Assembly: GCA_045593845.1 (NCBI GenBank)
Contig: JAZNXK010000011.1
Coordinates: forward strand, 97,198-161,197
Direction of reading: 5' to 3'
Length of the DNA: 64,000 nucleotides
DNA from: Alphaproteobacteria bacterium
GTDB taxonomy: Bacteria; Pseudomonadota; Alphaproteobacteria; RF32; CAG-239
Shown: positions 51,947 to 62,879 of the stretch, piece after piece
How positions within the stretch are numbered: position 1 is the stretch's first letter
How the letters are laid out: each line of letters starts with the position of its first letter
Notes under the pieces: model-generated
Database searches by the model: none
What the model was told of the DNA's origin: nothing
The model's input: the letters and a program-made list of their open reading frames with translations, nothing else
Made by a program: the position numbers and the translations under genes

Positions 51947-52102
51947 GAATTTTTGCCTTTCTTTCGTATTAAAAACAAAGTCAGTTTAGAAAAATGTATG
52001 GATAAATACAAGGAGAAAATAAATTCCGCTATTGTATTTTTACAATAAATATTATAATCTAAATCGAAAATTTGACATGATTTTTAGGACGAAAGGTTTT
52101 TT

Positions 52103-54559
52103 ATGAGCGCAACTAATACACATTATAACGGTAAGGATTTTTCAGAGTGGCAGAAAGAATGGGCTTTGGAGGATCGTTATAATTTCAGGACTATTGAAAA
52201 GAAGTGGCAGAAGATTTGGGATGATGAAAAAGTCTATCGTGCCGAAGTAGATAAAGATAAGGAAAAATTTTATCTGTTGGTTGAATTTCCTTATCCGTCA
52301 GGTGTCGGCTTGCATGTTGGCCATCCGCGTTCTTATACGGCTTTGGATGCAGTTGCGCGCAAAAAGAGAATGCAGGGATATAATGTTTTGTATCCGATGG
52401 GCTTTGATGCATTTGGTTTGCCGGCAGAGAATTATGCTGTTAAAACAGGTATTCATCCGGCTGTTTCCACAAAGCAAAATATTGCCAATTATAAACGTCA
52501 ATTAAAGTCTTTGGGATTTAGTTTTGATTGGGACAGATGTATAGAAACCTGTGATCCCGAATATTATAAGTGGACACAGTGGATGTTTTTGAAATTTTTT
52601 GAAAAAGGACTGGCTTATAAGGCAAAAATGCCGATTAACTGGTGTCCGAGTTGCAAAGTCGGTTTGGCAAATGAAGAAGTTGTTGACGGTAAATGTGAAC
52701 GTTGCGGTGCCGAAGTTGAGCGTAGAGATAAAGAACAATGGATGATTGCCATAACAAAATATGCCGATAGGTTGATTGATGATTTGGATGAACTGAATTT
52801 TATCGATAGAGTTAAGACCCAGCAAGTAAACTGGATTGGCAGATCACAAGGTGCTGAACTTGATTTTGATTTTGCCGATGAAAAATTGCGTGTGTTTACA
52901 ACTCGTCCTGATACAGCTTTCGGTGTGACTTATATGGTTATGGCGCCTGAACATCCGTTTGTAGCAAAATATATGGATAGGTTTGAAAACAAAGATGAAG
53001 TTTTGGCTTATGTTGCAGAGGCGGCAAAAAAATCTGATTTACAACGTACTGCAGGTGATGAGAAGACCGGTGTGGAGTTAAAGGGAATTAAAGCAAAGAA
53101 TCCGTATAACGGACAGATGATACCGGTATTTATTTCAGATTATGTTCTGACCGGCTACGGAACAGGAGCAATTATGGCAGTTCCGGCACATGACCAAAGA
53201 GACTATGACTTTGCCAAAGCTTTTGATTTGCCGATTATTCAAGTTTTGGAAGGCGGAGATATATCGCAACAAGCTTGGGAAGAAGACGGAGCACATATCA
53301 ATTCCGAATTTTTGAATGGTATGAATAAAGAAGACGGTATGCGTGCGGCGATAGATTATGCGGTTAAGAACGGTTTTGGTCAGGCAAAAGTTAATTTTAA
53401 GCTCAGAGACTGGGTTTTTTCACGCCAACGTTATTGGGGCGAACCGATACCAATGGTTTATTGTGAACACTGCGGTTGGCAACCTTTGCCGGAATCGGAA
53501 TTACCGCTTGAACTGCCAGAAGTTACTGACTTTTTGCCCAATGATGATGGTGCTTCCCCTCTGGCAAAAGCTACAGATTGGGTTAATACTGTTTGTCCGA
53601 AATGCGGCGGAAAAGCTCGCCGTGAAACTGATGTTATGCCAAATTGGGCAGGTTCTTCATGGTATTTCTTGAGATATTGTGATCCTCATAATGATAAAGA
53701 GTTTGCCTCTAAAGAAGCTCTTGATTATTGGATGAATGTGGACTGGTATAACGGAGGTATGGAACATACGACGTTGCACCTGTTATATTCGAGATTTTGG
53801 CATAAGTTTTTGTATGATTGCGGTTGCGTTTCTACCAAGGAGCCATATAAGAGAAGAACTTCGCATGGTATGATTTTGGCTGCTAATGGTGAAAAAATGT
53901 CAAAATCACGCGGTAATGTGGTTAATCCGGATGAAATTGTCGAAAATTTCGGAGCTGATACATTCAGATTGTATGAAATGTTTATCGGTCCGTTTGATCA
54001 AGCGGCAATGTGGTCGGAAGAAAGCTTGATGGGGGTTTATCGTTTTGTCGGTAAAATATACTCATTATTCAAGAAAGTTTCTAAATCAAGCCCGACGGAA
54101 AAAGATTTGAGAGCAATGCATAAGTGCATTTTGGAAGTTGATGAGAGAATCGAGACAATGAAGTTTAATACTGCAGTTTCATCACTGATGACTTATGTAA
54201 ATTATTTGAGCTCAATGGATGAAGTTCCACAAGAAATGTATGAGACATTATTGAAAATCTTGTCACCTTTTGCTCCTCATTTGAGCGAAGAAATGTGGGC
54301 AAGACTCGGCCATAGCAAAACAATTGTCAATGAGAAATGGCCTGAAGGTGATAAGAAATTGGCAGAAGATAATGTGGTAACTTTGGCCGTGCAGATTTGC
54401 GGCAAAATGCGCGGCACTATCGAAATGCCAAAAGATTCTCCAAAAGAAGAAGTGGAGAAAAAAGCTTTGCAACTTGAAAATGTTGCTCGTCAAATTGAGG
54501 GTTGCAATATTAAAAAAATAATTGTTGTACCAAATAGGATTGTGAACATTGTTGTATAA
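52103..54559 (+). CDS. leuS: leucine--tRNA ligase
   Basis: HVGHP HIGH motif, KMSKS, and 818 aa. Confidence 0.95.
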   Translation: MSATNTHYNGKDFSEWQKEWALEDRYNFRTIEKKWQKIWDDEKVYRAEVDKDKEKFYLLVEFPYPSGVGLHVGHPRSYTALDAVARKKRMQGYNVLYPMGFDAFGLPAENYAVKTGIHPAVSTKQNIANYKRQLKSLGFSFDWDRCIETCDPEYYKWTQWMFLKFFEKGLAYKAKMPINWCPSCKVGLANEEVVDGKCERCGAEVERRDKEQWMIAITKYADRLIDDLDELNFIDRVKTQQVNWIGRSQGAELDFDFADEKLRVFTTRPDTAFGVTYMVMAPEHPFVAKYMDRFENKDEVLAYVAEAAKKSDLQRTAGDEKTGVELKGIKAKNPYNGQMIPVFISDYVLTGYGTGAIMAVPAHDQRDYDFAKAFDLPIIQVLEGGDISQQAWEEDGAHINSEFLNGMNKEDGMRAAIDYAVKNGFGQAKVNFKLRDWVFSRQRYWGEPIPMVYCEHCGWQPLPESELPLELPEVTDFLPNDDGASPLAKATDWVNTVCPKCGGKARRETDVMPNWAGSSWYFLRYCDPHNDKEFASKEALDYWMNVDWYNGGMEHTTLHLLYSRFWHKFLYDCGCVSTKEPYKRRTSHGMILAANGEKMSKSRGNVVNPDEIVENFGADTFRLYEMFIGPFDQAAMWSEESLMGVYRFVGKIYSLFKKVSKSSPTEKDLRAMHKCILEVDERIETMKFNTAVSSLMTYVNYLSSMDEVPQEMYETLLKILSPFAPHLSEEMWARLGHSKTIVNEKWPEGDKKLAEDNVVTLAVQICGKMRGTIEMPKDSPKEEVEKKALQLENVARQIEGCNIKKIIVVPNRIVNIVV

Positions 54560-55103
54560 AAGATTTATATTTTTAATGCTGATAAGTTTTGTTTCGGCAT
54601 GCGGTTTTGAACCTTTGTATGTTGAGCGCAAAGGTGATAATGCTTGGTATTTTAAGGGTGATTTTGATACCTCCATTTCTCAAGAAATGGCAAAAATCAA
54701 GGTTATGCCGATAAAAGACAGATTCGGACAAGTAATGAGAAATGATTTGATTGATTTACTTTCCCCGAAAGGTCAGCCGCAAAAGCCAAAATATAGGTTG
54801 TTTGTGACCTTGGAAAGCAAAATAGAGAGAGATCAAGCTTTGCGTTCTGATATTACGGCAACGCGTAAGATGGTGAAATACAAAGTTTCTTATTATATGG
54901 CGGATAATGATAGGACTTTATTAAAAGGAGACAGTGTCGCATATACCGGCTATGATATTTTGGCGAATCCTTATTCTACGACGATAGCAAAGAAAAAAGG
55001 CGATGAAGACGCGGCAAGAATCATTGCTAATGATATTTCTTCGCGTTTGGGCGCATATTTTCACAGTATTGCAACCAAACGGAGCATAGAAAATGATTTT
55101 TAA
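54549..55103 (+). CDS. lptE: LPS-assembly lipoprotein LptE-like
   Basis: Lipobox VSAC|G, and the conserved position between leuS and holA. Confidence 0.5.
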   Translation: MLYKRFIFLMLISFVSACGFEPLYVERKGDNAWYFKGDFDTSISQEMAKIKVMPIKDRFGQVMRNDLIDLLSPKGQPQKPKYRLFVTLESKIERDQALRSDITATRKMVKYKVSYYMADNDRTLLKGDSVAYTGYDILANPYSTTIAKKKGDEDAARIIANDISSRLGAYFHSIATKRSIENDF

Positions 55104-56100
55104 GGCTCTGCAGATTAATAATTTTATAAAAAAAGCAGATAAAAATATTAAGGCTATATTGGTCTATGGTTCGAATGACGGATTAGTTTTAGAGAGCATA
55201 AAAAGACTTGCTCGTTCAGTGTGTGAGGATTTGAATGATGCTTTTCAGGTCGCGGATATATCGGGAGAGAGCGTTCTTGATGATTTTGGAAAATTGGTTG
55301 CCGAGTATAATGCACAATCTTTGATGGGAGGACGTCGTGTTGTTATTGTGCGTGACATTTCCAATCAGTTGTCAAACGATATAAGAAAAATGCTGGATGA
55401 AAGTAAATCTGACAATTTGTTGTTGCTATATGCTAGTGATTTAAGCAAAAAATCAAGTTTGGTAAAATTGGCAGAGAATAGTGATGATATGGCTTGTTAT
55501 GCTTGTTATGACGATAAAAGCGAAGATATTTATCATGTATTGCGAACAACAGGCCTAACGTTTGATCCGCAGGCAATCCAATTTTTGTGCTCAAGGTTGT
55601 CTAATGACAGGATGATAAATTTATCTGAAATTGAGAAGCTTAAAACCTATATGGGAGAGGCTAAAAATGTTACAGTTAATATTGTGGCAAAAGTTATAAG
55701 CGATCAGTCAAATTCCAGTGCTGAAGATATATGTTATGCGGTAATGAACGGTGATAGGGTAGAAGCCGAAAAGTTATTTGAAAAATATTTAGATGAAGGA
55801 AATGAAGCTGTTTCCTTACTTAAACCTATGGAATATCATGTGATGAAATTGTTGTTATGTGCAGCAGGACTGGAGAAAGGTGAAAGTGAAGATGAGGCAC
55901 TAAAAAGATTGGTTCCGAAACTGATGTTTTATAGAGTAGATGATTTTAAGAAGCAGCTGAGAAAGTGGAAAAGAGATAAGTTGTTGTCGGCATTAGAAGT
56001 TCTTTATGAAGTGGAAAAAGATTGTAAAACAACCGGCATGCCCGGAGAGGATGTTGTCGGAAGAATGTTGTTGAGGATGGCAGGAGCTGCGGCCAAATAG
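55093..56100 (+). CDS. holA: DNA polymerase III subunit delta
   Basis: N-terminal ILVYGSNDGLVLE pattern, size, and position after lptE. Confidence 0.65.
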   Translation: MIFKALQINNFIKKADKNIKAILVYGSNDGLVLESIKRLARSVCEDLNDAFQVADISGESVLDDFGKLVAEYNAQSLMGGRRVVIVRDISNQLSNDIRKMLDESKSDNLLLLYASDLSKKSSLVKLAENSDDMACYACYDDKSEDIYHVLRTTGLTFDPQAIQFLCSRLSNDRMINLSEIEKLKTYMGEAKNVTVNIVAKVISDQSNSSAEDICYAVMNGDRVEAEKLFEKYLDEGNEAVSLLKPMEYHVMKLLLCAAGLEKGESEDEALKRLVPKLMFYRVDDFKKQLRKWKRDKLLSALEVLYEVEKDCKTTGMPGEDVVGRMLLRMAGAAAK

Positions 56101-56102
56101 AT

Positions 56103-56801
56103 ATGACAAGCGAGAGGTTTCAAAAATTTATTGAAATGTGGCAAAAAGATTTTGCCATTGATCGCAGTATTGATGAAAAAGTTTGCGTCGATAAAGACGG
56201 CAACTCTATTCCGTGGTACACATATCCGGCTATTGAATATCTATCACAGTTCGATTATTCGACCTTAAAAATTTTTGAGTTCGGGTGCGGGTATTCTTCG
56301 GCTTTTTGGGCAGAAAGAGCCTTAAAAGTAGTTAGTATTGAGGATAAAACCGAATGGTTCGAAAAATGGAAAAGCGAGTTCAAATATGAAAATTTAGACA
56401 TCAGATGGCGCGACGAAGGTGAAGGTTATGATGCGGCAATTTTTGAAGATAAAGAAAAATATGATGTAATCGTAATTGACGGAAAGCGCCGAAAAGAATG
56501 TGCCGAAGCGGCAGTAAAAGCTTTAAATACTGGCGGAATGATTATTTTGGATGACAGCGACAGAATTAATACCAGTGAAGAATATGTGCAAGCGATAAAA
56601 ATTTTACGAGCGGCAAATTTGTTGCAGGTGGATTTTTACGGATTTTGTCCTATGAATTGCTATACCAAAACGACGTCGCTATTTTTCAGCAGAGAATGGA
56701 ATTTTGCTTCAAAAAATAAAATTCAGCCGATTAACGGTTGGGGAAATTTGTGGTCTATGCAACGAAAAAAAAGAAAAAATTTTTTTAATGACTTTGGTTA
56801 A
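56103..56801 (+). CDS. class I SAM-dependent methyltransferase-like protein of unknown specificity
   Basis: FEFGCGYSS (motif I-like) and DVIVIDG (acidic loop). Confidence 0.35.
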   Translation: MTSERFQKFIEMWQKDFAIDRSIDEKVCVDKDGNSIPWYTYPAIEYLSQFDYSTLKIFEFGCGYSSAFWAERALKVVSIEDKTEWFEKWKSEFKYENLDIRWRDEGEGYDAAIFEDKEKYDVIVIDGKRRKECAEAAVKALNTGGMIILDDSDRINTSEEYVQAIKILRAANLLQVDFYGFCPMNCYTKTTSLFFSREWNFASKNKIQPINGWGNLWSMQRKKRKNFFNDFG

Positions 56802-56840
56802 AAGTTTGCGCTATACTTGTTCCATATAAAAGGGGGAAAT

Positions 56841-58010
56841 ATGGAGATTTGTTTTCATAATGCGACGCTTATTAACGGCTATTCGGTAATGCCTGATTGC
56901 GGAGTTTTGATTAAACAATATAAGATTATTGATGTATTTAATGAAGCTCGCTTTAAGCAAAAGCAATTTAAGCCGGAGACAAAATTTATTGACCTTAAAG
57001 GGGCATATATTGCGCCAGGGTTGATTGATACGCATATTCACGGAATCTGCGGTTTCGGCACAGATGATATGGATAGCGAATCGATACTCAAAATGTCGGA
57101 GATTTTGCCGCAATACGGAGTTACGTCATTTATTCCCACCTTATATTCCGCGCCCAAAGAAAAACTGTTCAAAGGTATGATTAGCATTCTTAAAGCTATG
57201 GGACAGGAAAAAGGTGCAAAAATATTGGGTATGCATTTGGAAGGACCTTTTATTTCTCCGGCACGTTTGGGTGTGCAGTCGCCGGATGCGATTTCTCCGG
57301 TTGACATTGAGTATATGAAAGAAATTATTGCTTTGGGACAAGGCAATATTATCAATATGACGGTTGCACCGGAGTTGAAAGGTATGCGTGAATTGGCTTT
57401 GATGTGTATTGACCAGGGAATTATTTTGCAATCCGGACACAGCAATGCAACTTATCAGCAAATGGTTGAAGCCATGCAGGCACGCATTATGCATGTTACG
57501 CATTTGTTTAATGCCATGAGCCGAATTCACCACAGAGACCCCGGAGTGGTCGGAGCAGTGTTTATTCATCCGGAGTTGTCTTGCGAGATTATTGCTGACG
57601 GATTTCACATCAACCCGGATATTGTAAAATTTTTGTTCAGATGCAAGCCGGTTGATAAGGTTGTTTTGGTTACAGATGCCCTAAAACCGACCAAGCAAAA
57701 AGCAAAACATTTATTTGCCAACGGAGAAGAAGTGTATTTGGATAAATGCTTTTTGAGAAAATCTGATGACGTGATTGCCGGTTCGGCATTGACGATGATT
57801 GATGGTGTTAAAAATTTGGTATCTTGGGGATTGCCGATTGAGCAGGCGGTGCAAACGGCATCATATAATCCGGCAAATATTATGAAGCAGGAACATTTGG
57901 GGCTTGTTGCACCTGGGTATGATGCTGATTTGGTTGTTTTTGATAAGAATTTTAAGGTTTTGAAGACCGTTATTAAGGGTAATGTTTTTGAAAAAGGAAT
58001 TTGCAAATGA
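56841..58010 (+). CDS. nagA: N-acetylglucosamine-6-phosphate deacetylase
   Basis: GLIDTHIHG motif and a strong RBS. Confidence 0.85.
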   Translation: MEICFHNATLINGYSVMPDCGVLIKQYKIIDVFNEARFKQKQFKPETKFIDLKGAYIAPGLIDTHIHGICGFGTDDMDSESILKMSEILPQYGVTSFIPTLYSAPKEKLFKGMISILKAMGQEKGAKILGMHLEGPFISPARLGVQSPDAISPVDIEYMKEIIALGQGNIINMTVAPELKGMRELALMCIDQGIILQSGHSNATYQQMVEAMQARIMHVTHLFNAMSRIHHRDPGVVGAVFIHPELSCEIIADGFHINPDIVKFLFRCKPVDKVVLVTDALKPTKQKAKHLFANGEEVYLDKCFLRKSDDVIAGSALTMIDGVKNLVSWGLPIEQAVQTASYNPANIMKQEHLGLVAPGYDADLVVFDKNFKVLKTVIKGNVFEKGICK

Positions 58011-58789
58011 GAGTTATTATAAAACCCGATTATGACAGCATTTCGGCTTGGGCGGCTGAGTATATTGCCGACAAAATAAATGCCTTTGCGCCAACAGAAA
58101 ACAGACCGTTTGTTTTGGGTTTGCCGACAGGCTCGACTCCTTTGGGAGTTTATAAAGAGCTTATAAATATGTATAAGCAAGGCAAAGTTTCTTTTGCAAA
58201 TGTCATAACTTTTAATATGGATGAATATGTCGGTTTGCCGGCGGACCATCCGCAGAGTTATCATTATTTTATGTTTGAGAACTTTTTTAATCATATAGAT
58301 ATTAAAAAAGAGAATATTCATATTTTGGACGGCATGGCAAAAGACATTCAGGTTGAATGCGAAAATTATGAAAAAGCGATTGTCGGTTGCGGCGGTATAG
58401 ATTTGTTTTTGGGAGGAATCGGCGAGGATGGACACATTGCTTTTAATGAGCCTTTTTCATCATTAACTTCTCGCACAAGGGTAAAGACTTTGACCTCTGA
58501 TACAATCAAAGTAAATTCACGCTTTTTTGATTATGATATCAGCAAGGTGCCGACAAGGGCGATGACTGTCGGAGTGGGGACGATTATGGATGCAAAAGAA
58601 GTGATTATTTTGGCAAACGGAGTTAAAAAAGCCAAAGCAATTTATCATGGAATTGAGGGGGCGGTTAGCCACAAGTGGACAATCAGCGTTTTGCAAAATC
58701 ATCAACACGGGATTATTGTATGCGACGATGCGGCGGCAAGCGAACTTGAGCCGGAGACGATAAAATATTTCAAAGATATTGAAAAATAG
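58001..58789 (+). CDS. nagB: glucosamine-6-phosphate deaminase
   Basis: Full-length similarity (262 aa). Confidence 0.9.
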   Translation: MQMRVIIKPDYDSISAWAAEYIADKINAFAPTENRPFVLGLPTGSTPLGVYKELINMYKQGKVSFANVITFNMDEYVGLPADHPQSYHYFMFENFFNHIDIKKENIHILDGMAKDIQVECENYEKAIVGCGGIDLFLGGIGEDGHIAFNEPFSSLTSRTRVKTLTSDTIKVNSRFFDYDISKVPTRAMTVGVGTIMDAKEVIILANGVKKAKAIYHGIEGAVSHKWTISVLQNHQHGIIVCDDAAASELEPETIKYFKDIEK

Positions 58790-58828
58790 AAAATCTTTTT
58801 TGAAACTATACGATACCTTTTTAGGCTC

Positions 58829-59590
58829 TTATCCGTTTTGATTGGGCCTTGTGATGGCGTATGACTTCATCGCTGTTGTTAAAAAATCTTTTTCTTGTTT
58901 TTGATCTGCTTTCAATTTTTCAATTTGTATGTTATGATAGGTATCCATTAGTCCTTCGCACTTTGATAAACCTTTAGAATTGTTACTGCATATAGGAGCC
59001 GCTTGAGCTAAAAATTTTTGCGTCTGGCTAATTTCATAATCCGATATTTTATTAAATTCTGTTTCTTTTAGTTTCTTGTCGAGCTCACTGACCATAAGCG
59101 TTGTAAGTTCAGAATTGGTTGATAATTTGCCTTCTTCATTTGGCCTATGTTCTATGAGTTTATGATAAAAATCTATTAGATGATGTATTGGGAAATTCTT
59201 TTCATCGCCCATTAAGTCGGGTGCAGCTTGGGTCACATTGGCTGCTGCTAGGATGATATTTTTTCCAAGTTCCTTCGCATCACTATTTTTACCTTCCTGA
59301 CAACGATAAAGCTCAGCCCAATAACGCCAGCCTTGAGCGGCAGCAGTTTCTCTCATCAGTGTGGCAAAATGTTCTTTTGTAGGTTTTCTTTCTATCGTCG
59401 GGGCAATCATATCTGTGATTTCAGTAACATCCAATTCTTGTTTGGATAATAAATTACTTAATAAACTAATTTCTCTATCTGTTACTTCATTGGGATGGAG
59501 CTTTCTTTCTGTTTCTAGAAATTTTTTTTGTGAAGATGTTTCTTGTGCTTGTTGTTCAATCTCATCGGGAAATAACATTCTTTTTAGCAT
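58829..59590 (-). CDS. hypothetical protein, paralog A of a duplicated pair (~40% aa identity to 59796-60521)
   Basis: Shared blocks NxVTDREISLL, W.YW.ELY and KL(S/T)TNSEL. AGGAG RBS. Confidence 0.5.
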   Translation of the reverse strand: MLKRMLFPDEIEQQAQETSSQKKFLETERKLHPNEVTDREISLLSNLLSKQELDVTEITDMIAPTIERKPTKEHFATLMRETAAAQGWRYWAELYRCQEGKNSDAKELGKNIILAAANVTQAAPDLMGDEKNFPIHHLIDFYHKLIEHRPNEEGKLSTNSELTTLMVSELDKKLKETEFNKISDYEISQTQKFLAQAAPICSNNSKGLSKCEGLMDTYHNIQIEKLKADQKQEKDFLTTAMKSYAITRPNQNG

Positions 59591-59662
59591 ATCTTTTCTC
59601 CTATAAAGTAATAAACGATATAGCAAGTTTACTATATTTATTTAATTTTGTCAAATTTTTTA

Positions 59663-59756
59663 TTATAGCTCTTTCAGCACTTCGTCAACATGGCCGGATA
59701 CTTTGACTTTGCGCCATTCTTTAATGACTTTCAGTTGTTCGTCCAAAATGAAAGTC
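59663..59756 (-). pseudogene. duplicated 3' fragment of bcp (last ~31 codons + stop), identical to 60595-60688
   Basis: Nucleotide alignment of 59633-59756 with 60564-60688 is ~97% identical. Confidence 0.55.
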
Positions 59757-59795
59757 TATTCCTTTTGCCAATATTTGATAGGAGGATTTGATATT

Positions 59796-60521
59796 TTATA
59801 ATTCCATTTCTTTTTGTTTAGCTTTTATGGGTGAGGTTAAACCAAGTATGTTTATTACGCTATTTTCTTCACTTTTCTGCTCTCTTCTTAGCTGTTCTTT
59901 TTCTATATTATGAATGCTTTTTATAATCTCTATGCATTTTGATGAAGCTGTAGAATGATTTTTAATTTCTTCTGCGGCTGTGTATACAAATTTTTTAATC
60001 ATCATAAAATCCCTCTCTTGAAGAAAAGGGGTGTCGGAGGGATCTGACATTAAATTATTATAAAACTCATTTGTCATGAGTGATGCCAATTCTGAATTTG
60101 TTGTTAATTTATTCTGAGTCGAATTTTCTTTGTTTCTGATTTTTATAAGTCTAACGTAAAATTTAGCTAATGCGTGTTTTCTATCAGCACAGTCATATAC
60201 TCCGTTTGAAGCTTGGATAATATTTTTACAAATTCCTTTGCTGTCATTTTCTTCCTGCTGGCTGTACAGCTCAAACCAATAATCCCATTTATATGTATAG
60301 GGTTTTAATGAGCCATTCATTAACAAAGCAATTTGTTCTTTTGAAGGATTTCTTTCAACTGTTGGTGTCATTATGCTTGCAATTTCATCGAGTTTCCAAC
60401 TTTTAGATTCGAATATGTCATTTAATAGGCTAATTTCTCTGTCAGTTACATTATCAGGGTTAGATGCTCTTTCATTGAATAGAAGTTTTTGCTGTAAAAT
60501 GACGTTATTTTTTTGTTCCAT
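59796..60521 (-). CDS. hypothetical protein, paralog B of the duplicated pair
   Basis: See paralog A. Confidence 0.5.
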   Translation of the reverse strand: MEQKNNVILQQKLLFNERASNPDNVTDREISLLNDIFESKSWKLDEIASIMTPTVERNPSKEQIALLMNGSLKPYTYKWDYWFELYSQQEENDSKGICKNIIQASNGVYDCADRKHALAKFYVRLIKIRNKENSTQNKLTTNSELASLMTNEFYNNLMSDPSDTPFLQERDFMMIKKFVYTAAEEIKNHSTASSKCIEIIKSIHNIEKEQLRREQKSEENSVINILGLTSPIKAKQKEMEL

Positions 60522-60594
60522 CTTTTATTCCTTGTAAGTGGTTGTATAGTGAGGATAGTTTATTATATTTATTTAATTTTGTCAAACTTTTTCA

Positions 60595-61035
60595 TTATAG
60601 CTCTTTCAGCACTTCGTCAACATGGCCGGATACTTTGACTTTGCGCCATTCTTTAATGACTTTCAGTTGTTCGTCCAAAATGAAAGTCGAGCGTTCAATT
60701 CCCATATATTTGCGTCCATACATGGACTTTTCTTTCCATACGCCAAATGCTTCGGACAAAGTATGTTCAGGGTCGGATAGCAGAACAAAATTTAAGCCTT
60801 GTTTTTGCTTAAATTTGATATGGCTGTTTATACTGTCGGGGCTTACGCCGATTACAGTTGCTTTGGAGCAAAGGCGGTTGTAGTTATTGCGAAAGTCGCA
60901 GGCTTCTTGCGTGCAACCGGAAGTGTTGTCTTTGGGGTAAAAATACAGAACTGTTTTCTTGCCTTTGAAATCACTTAATGAAAAGGTTTTTTCCACTCCG
61001 TTTTCATCAATTCCCTGCAGTTTTATATTTATCAT
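60595..61035 (-). CDS. bcp: peroxiredoxin Bcp (thiol peroxidase)
   Basis: FYPKDNTSGCTQEAC active-site motif. Confidence 0.85.
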   Translation of the reverse strand: MINIKLQGIDENGVEKTFSLSDFKGKKTVLYFYPKDNTSGCTQEACDFRNNYNRLCSKATVIGVSPDSINSHIKFKQKQGLNFVLLSDPEHTLSEAFGVWKEKSMYGRKYMGIERSTFILDEQLKVIKEWRKVKVSGHVDEVLKEL

Positions 61036-61049
61036 TTTTATTCCTTTAT

Positions 61050-61078
61050 AAAATAGAAAAAAGGCGTCGATTGACGCC
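61050..61078. terminator. bidirectional terminator AAAAAGGCGTC-gatt-GACGCCTTTT
   Basis: Seen in sequence. Confidence 0.55.
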
Positions 61079-61092
61079 TTTTGTGTTGTAAA

Positions 61093-62865
61093 TTATTTGC
61101 TCTTGTACATATCTCGCGGTGTGTAGTGAGTATGCAAGAGATGATGTGCTTTTTCGCCACCGGGATTGCCGATAAAATCTTTATACAAGGTTTTAATCGA
61201 CTCATTATGGTGAGAAAAGCGGTTTTTAGCGTTCAAATCTTCTTCAAACAAACCGTTAGCACGTTTCTGTCTGATTTCATCAGTAATACCATAAGGTTTA
61301 GCAAAAGGAGCACCGATAACGCGCGGTTGTCCGCCACCGGCAACACAACCGCCGCGGCAAGCCATTACCTCTACAAAGTGATAGGGCAATTCTTCGCCGT
61401 TGGCTTTTGCTTGGCGAATTCTATCCAAGATAATTTCTACATTGCCGACACCATGAGCAACTGCAATGCGAATATCTTTGCCGTTGATGGTAACCGTGGT
61501 TTCTTTAATGCCTTCCAAACCTTCAATATCGGTAAAGTCCGGTTGAGCCAATTCTTGTCCGGTGATGTAGAAATATGCTGTGCGCAAAGCCGCAATCATA
61601 ACGCCGCCGGTTGCACCGAAAATTGTGCCTGCACCGGAATATTCGCCCAAAGGATTGTCCGCTGTTTTTTCTGCAATATTACAAAAATCTATGCCGGCTT
61701 GCTTAATCATTTTGGCAAATTCGCGCGTGGTGATAGATACGTCAATATCCTGATAACCGGAGGAACTCATATCTTGACTGCGGACGATTTCCCATTTTTT
61801 GGCGGTGCAAGGCATTATTGATACAACACGAATTTTTTTCGAGTCAATGCCGTTTTTCTCGGCAAAATAAGTTTTTGCCAAAGCACCGACCATTGCTTGC
61901 GGAGATTTGCAGGTTGAAAAATGCGGAATCATATCGGAATTGAATTTTTCCAGCATATCAACCCAAGCAGGACAGCAAGAAGTAAACATCGGCAAGCTTT
62001 CCGGTTCTTGAGTAAAGCGGCGAACAAACTCGGTGGCTTCTTCAATGATGGTTAAGTCAGCACCGAAATTGGTATCGAATACTTTATCAAAACCCATACG
62101 GCGCAAAGCGGCATAAGTTTTTCCGGTCAAGTTTTTGCCGAACTCAAAGCCAAATTCTTCGCCGATAGCAACGCGAACTGCCGGTGCAATTTGCACAATG
62201 GTGAAAATTTCCGGATCACGCAACATTTCCCAAACTCTGCCGGTGTCATCATATTCTACAATAGCACCGGTCGGGCAGTGAGCTGAACATTGTCCGCATT
62301 TGATACACGGACTGTCTTCCAAGTTGATACCGTTGGCCGGAGTTATGCGAGTGGCCAAACCGCGGTTTAGGTAGCTTAAAGCCCAAATATTTTGTTTGTT
62401 TTGGCAGATGTCAACACAACGACCGCAAAGTATGCACTTGGAACTGTCAAGGACGATGGCTTTAGTAGAATCGTCGATGGGTGTTCTTTTGGTTAAATTG
62501 GGTAATGGTGCGTCGGTAATGTTGAATACATTAGCCATATCTTGCAATTCACAATGGCCGGAACGGGCGCATGAAAGACAAGAATTCGGGTGGTTGCTCA
62601 ATATCAATTTTAAAACCATGCGGCGAACTTCAAAAAGTTCTGCATCGGTGGTAATAACTTCCATACCTTCGGCAACAGGTGTGCAACAAGAACGCATAAT
62701 ACGTCCGTTGACGCGGACAATACACATTCCGCAACCGGCAGACGGGTCAACGTCAGGATGTTTGCACAAGGTCGGAATTTCGATTTGCACACTGCGTGCG
62801 GCGTCCAGAATAGAGGTGCCGGCGGCAACTTCAACTTCTTGATTATCAATTTTTAATTTTACCAT
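61093..62865 (-). CDS. hydA: [FeFe]-hydrogenase catalytic subunit HydA with N-terminal 2Fe-2S and 2x[4Fe-4S] domains
   Basis: H-cluster motifs read from the translation: L1 TSCCPAW, L2 MPCTAKKWE, L3 EVMACRGGCVAGGGQP. Ferredoxin-like Cys clusters CILCGRCVDIC and CIKCGQCSAHCP. Confidence 0.85.
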   Translation of the reverse strand: MVKLKIDNQEVEVAAGTSILDAARSVQIEIPTLCKHPDVDPSAGCGMCIVRVNGRIMRSCCTPVAEGMEVITTDAELFEVRRMVLKLILSNHPNSCLSCARSGHCELQDMANVFNITDAPLPNLTKRTPIDDSTKAIVLDSSKCILCGRCVDICQNKQNIWALSYLNRGLATRITPANGINLEDSPCIKCGQCSAHCPTGAIVEYDDTGRVWEMLRDPEIFTIVQIAPAVRVAIGEEFGFEFGKNLTGKTYAALRRMGFDKVFDTNFGADLTIIEEATEFVRRFTQEPESLPMFTSCCPAWVDMLEKFNSDMIPHFSTCKSPQAMVGALAKTYFAEKNGIDSKKIRVVSIMPCTAKKWEIVRSQDMSSSGYQDIDVSITTREFAKMIKQAGIDFCNIAEKTADNPLGEYSGAGTIFGATGGVMIAALRTAYFYITGQELAQPDFTDIEGLEGIKETTVTINGKDIRIAVAHGVGNVEIILDRIRQAKANGEELPYHFVEVMACRGGCVAGGGQPRVIGAPFAKPYGITDEIRQKRANGLFEEDLNAKNRFSHHNESIKTLYKDFIGNPGGEKAHHLLHTHYTPRDMYKSK

Positions 62866-62879
62866 AATTTTAGCTCCTC

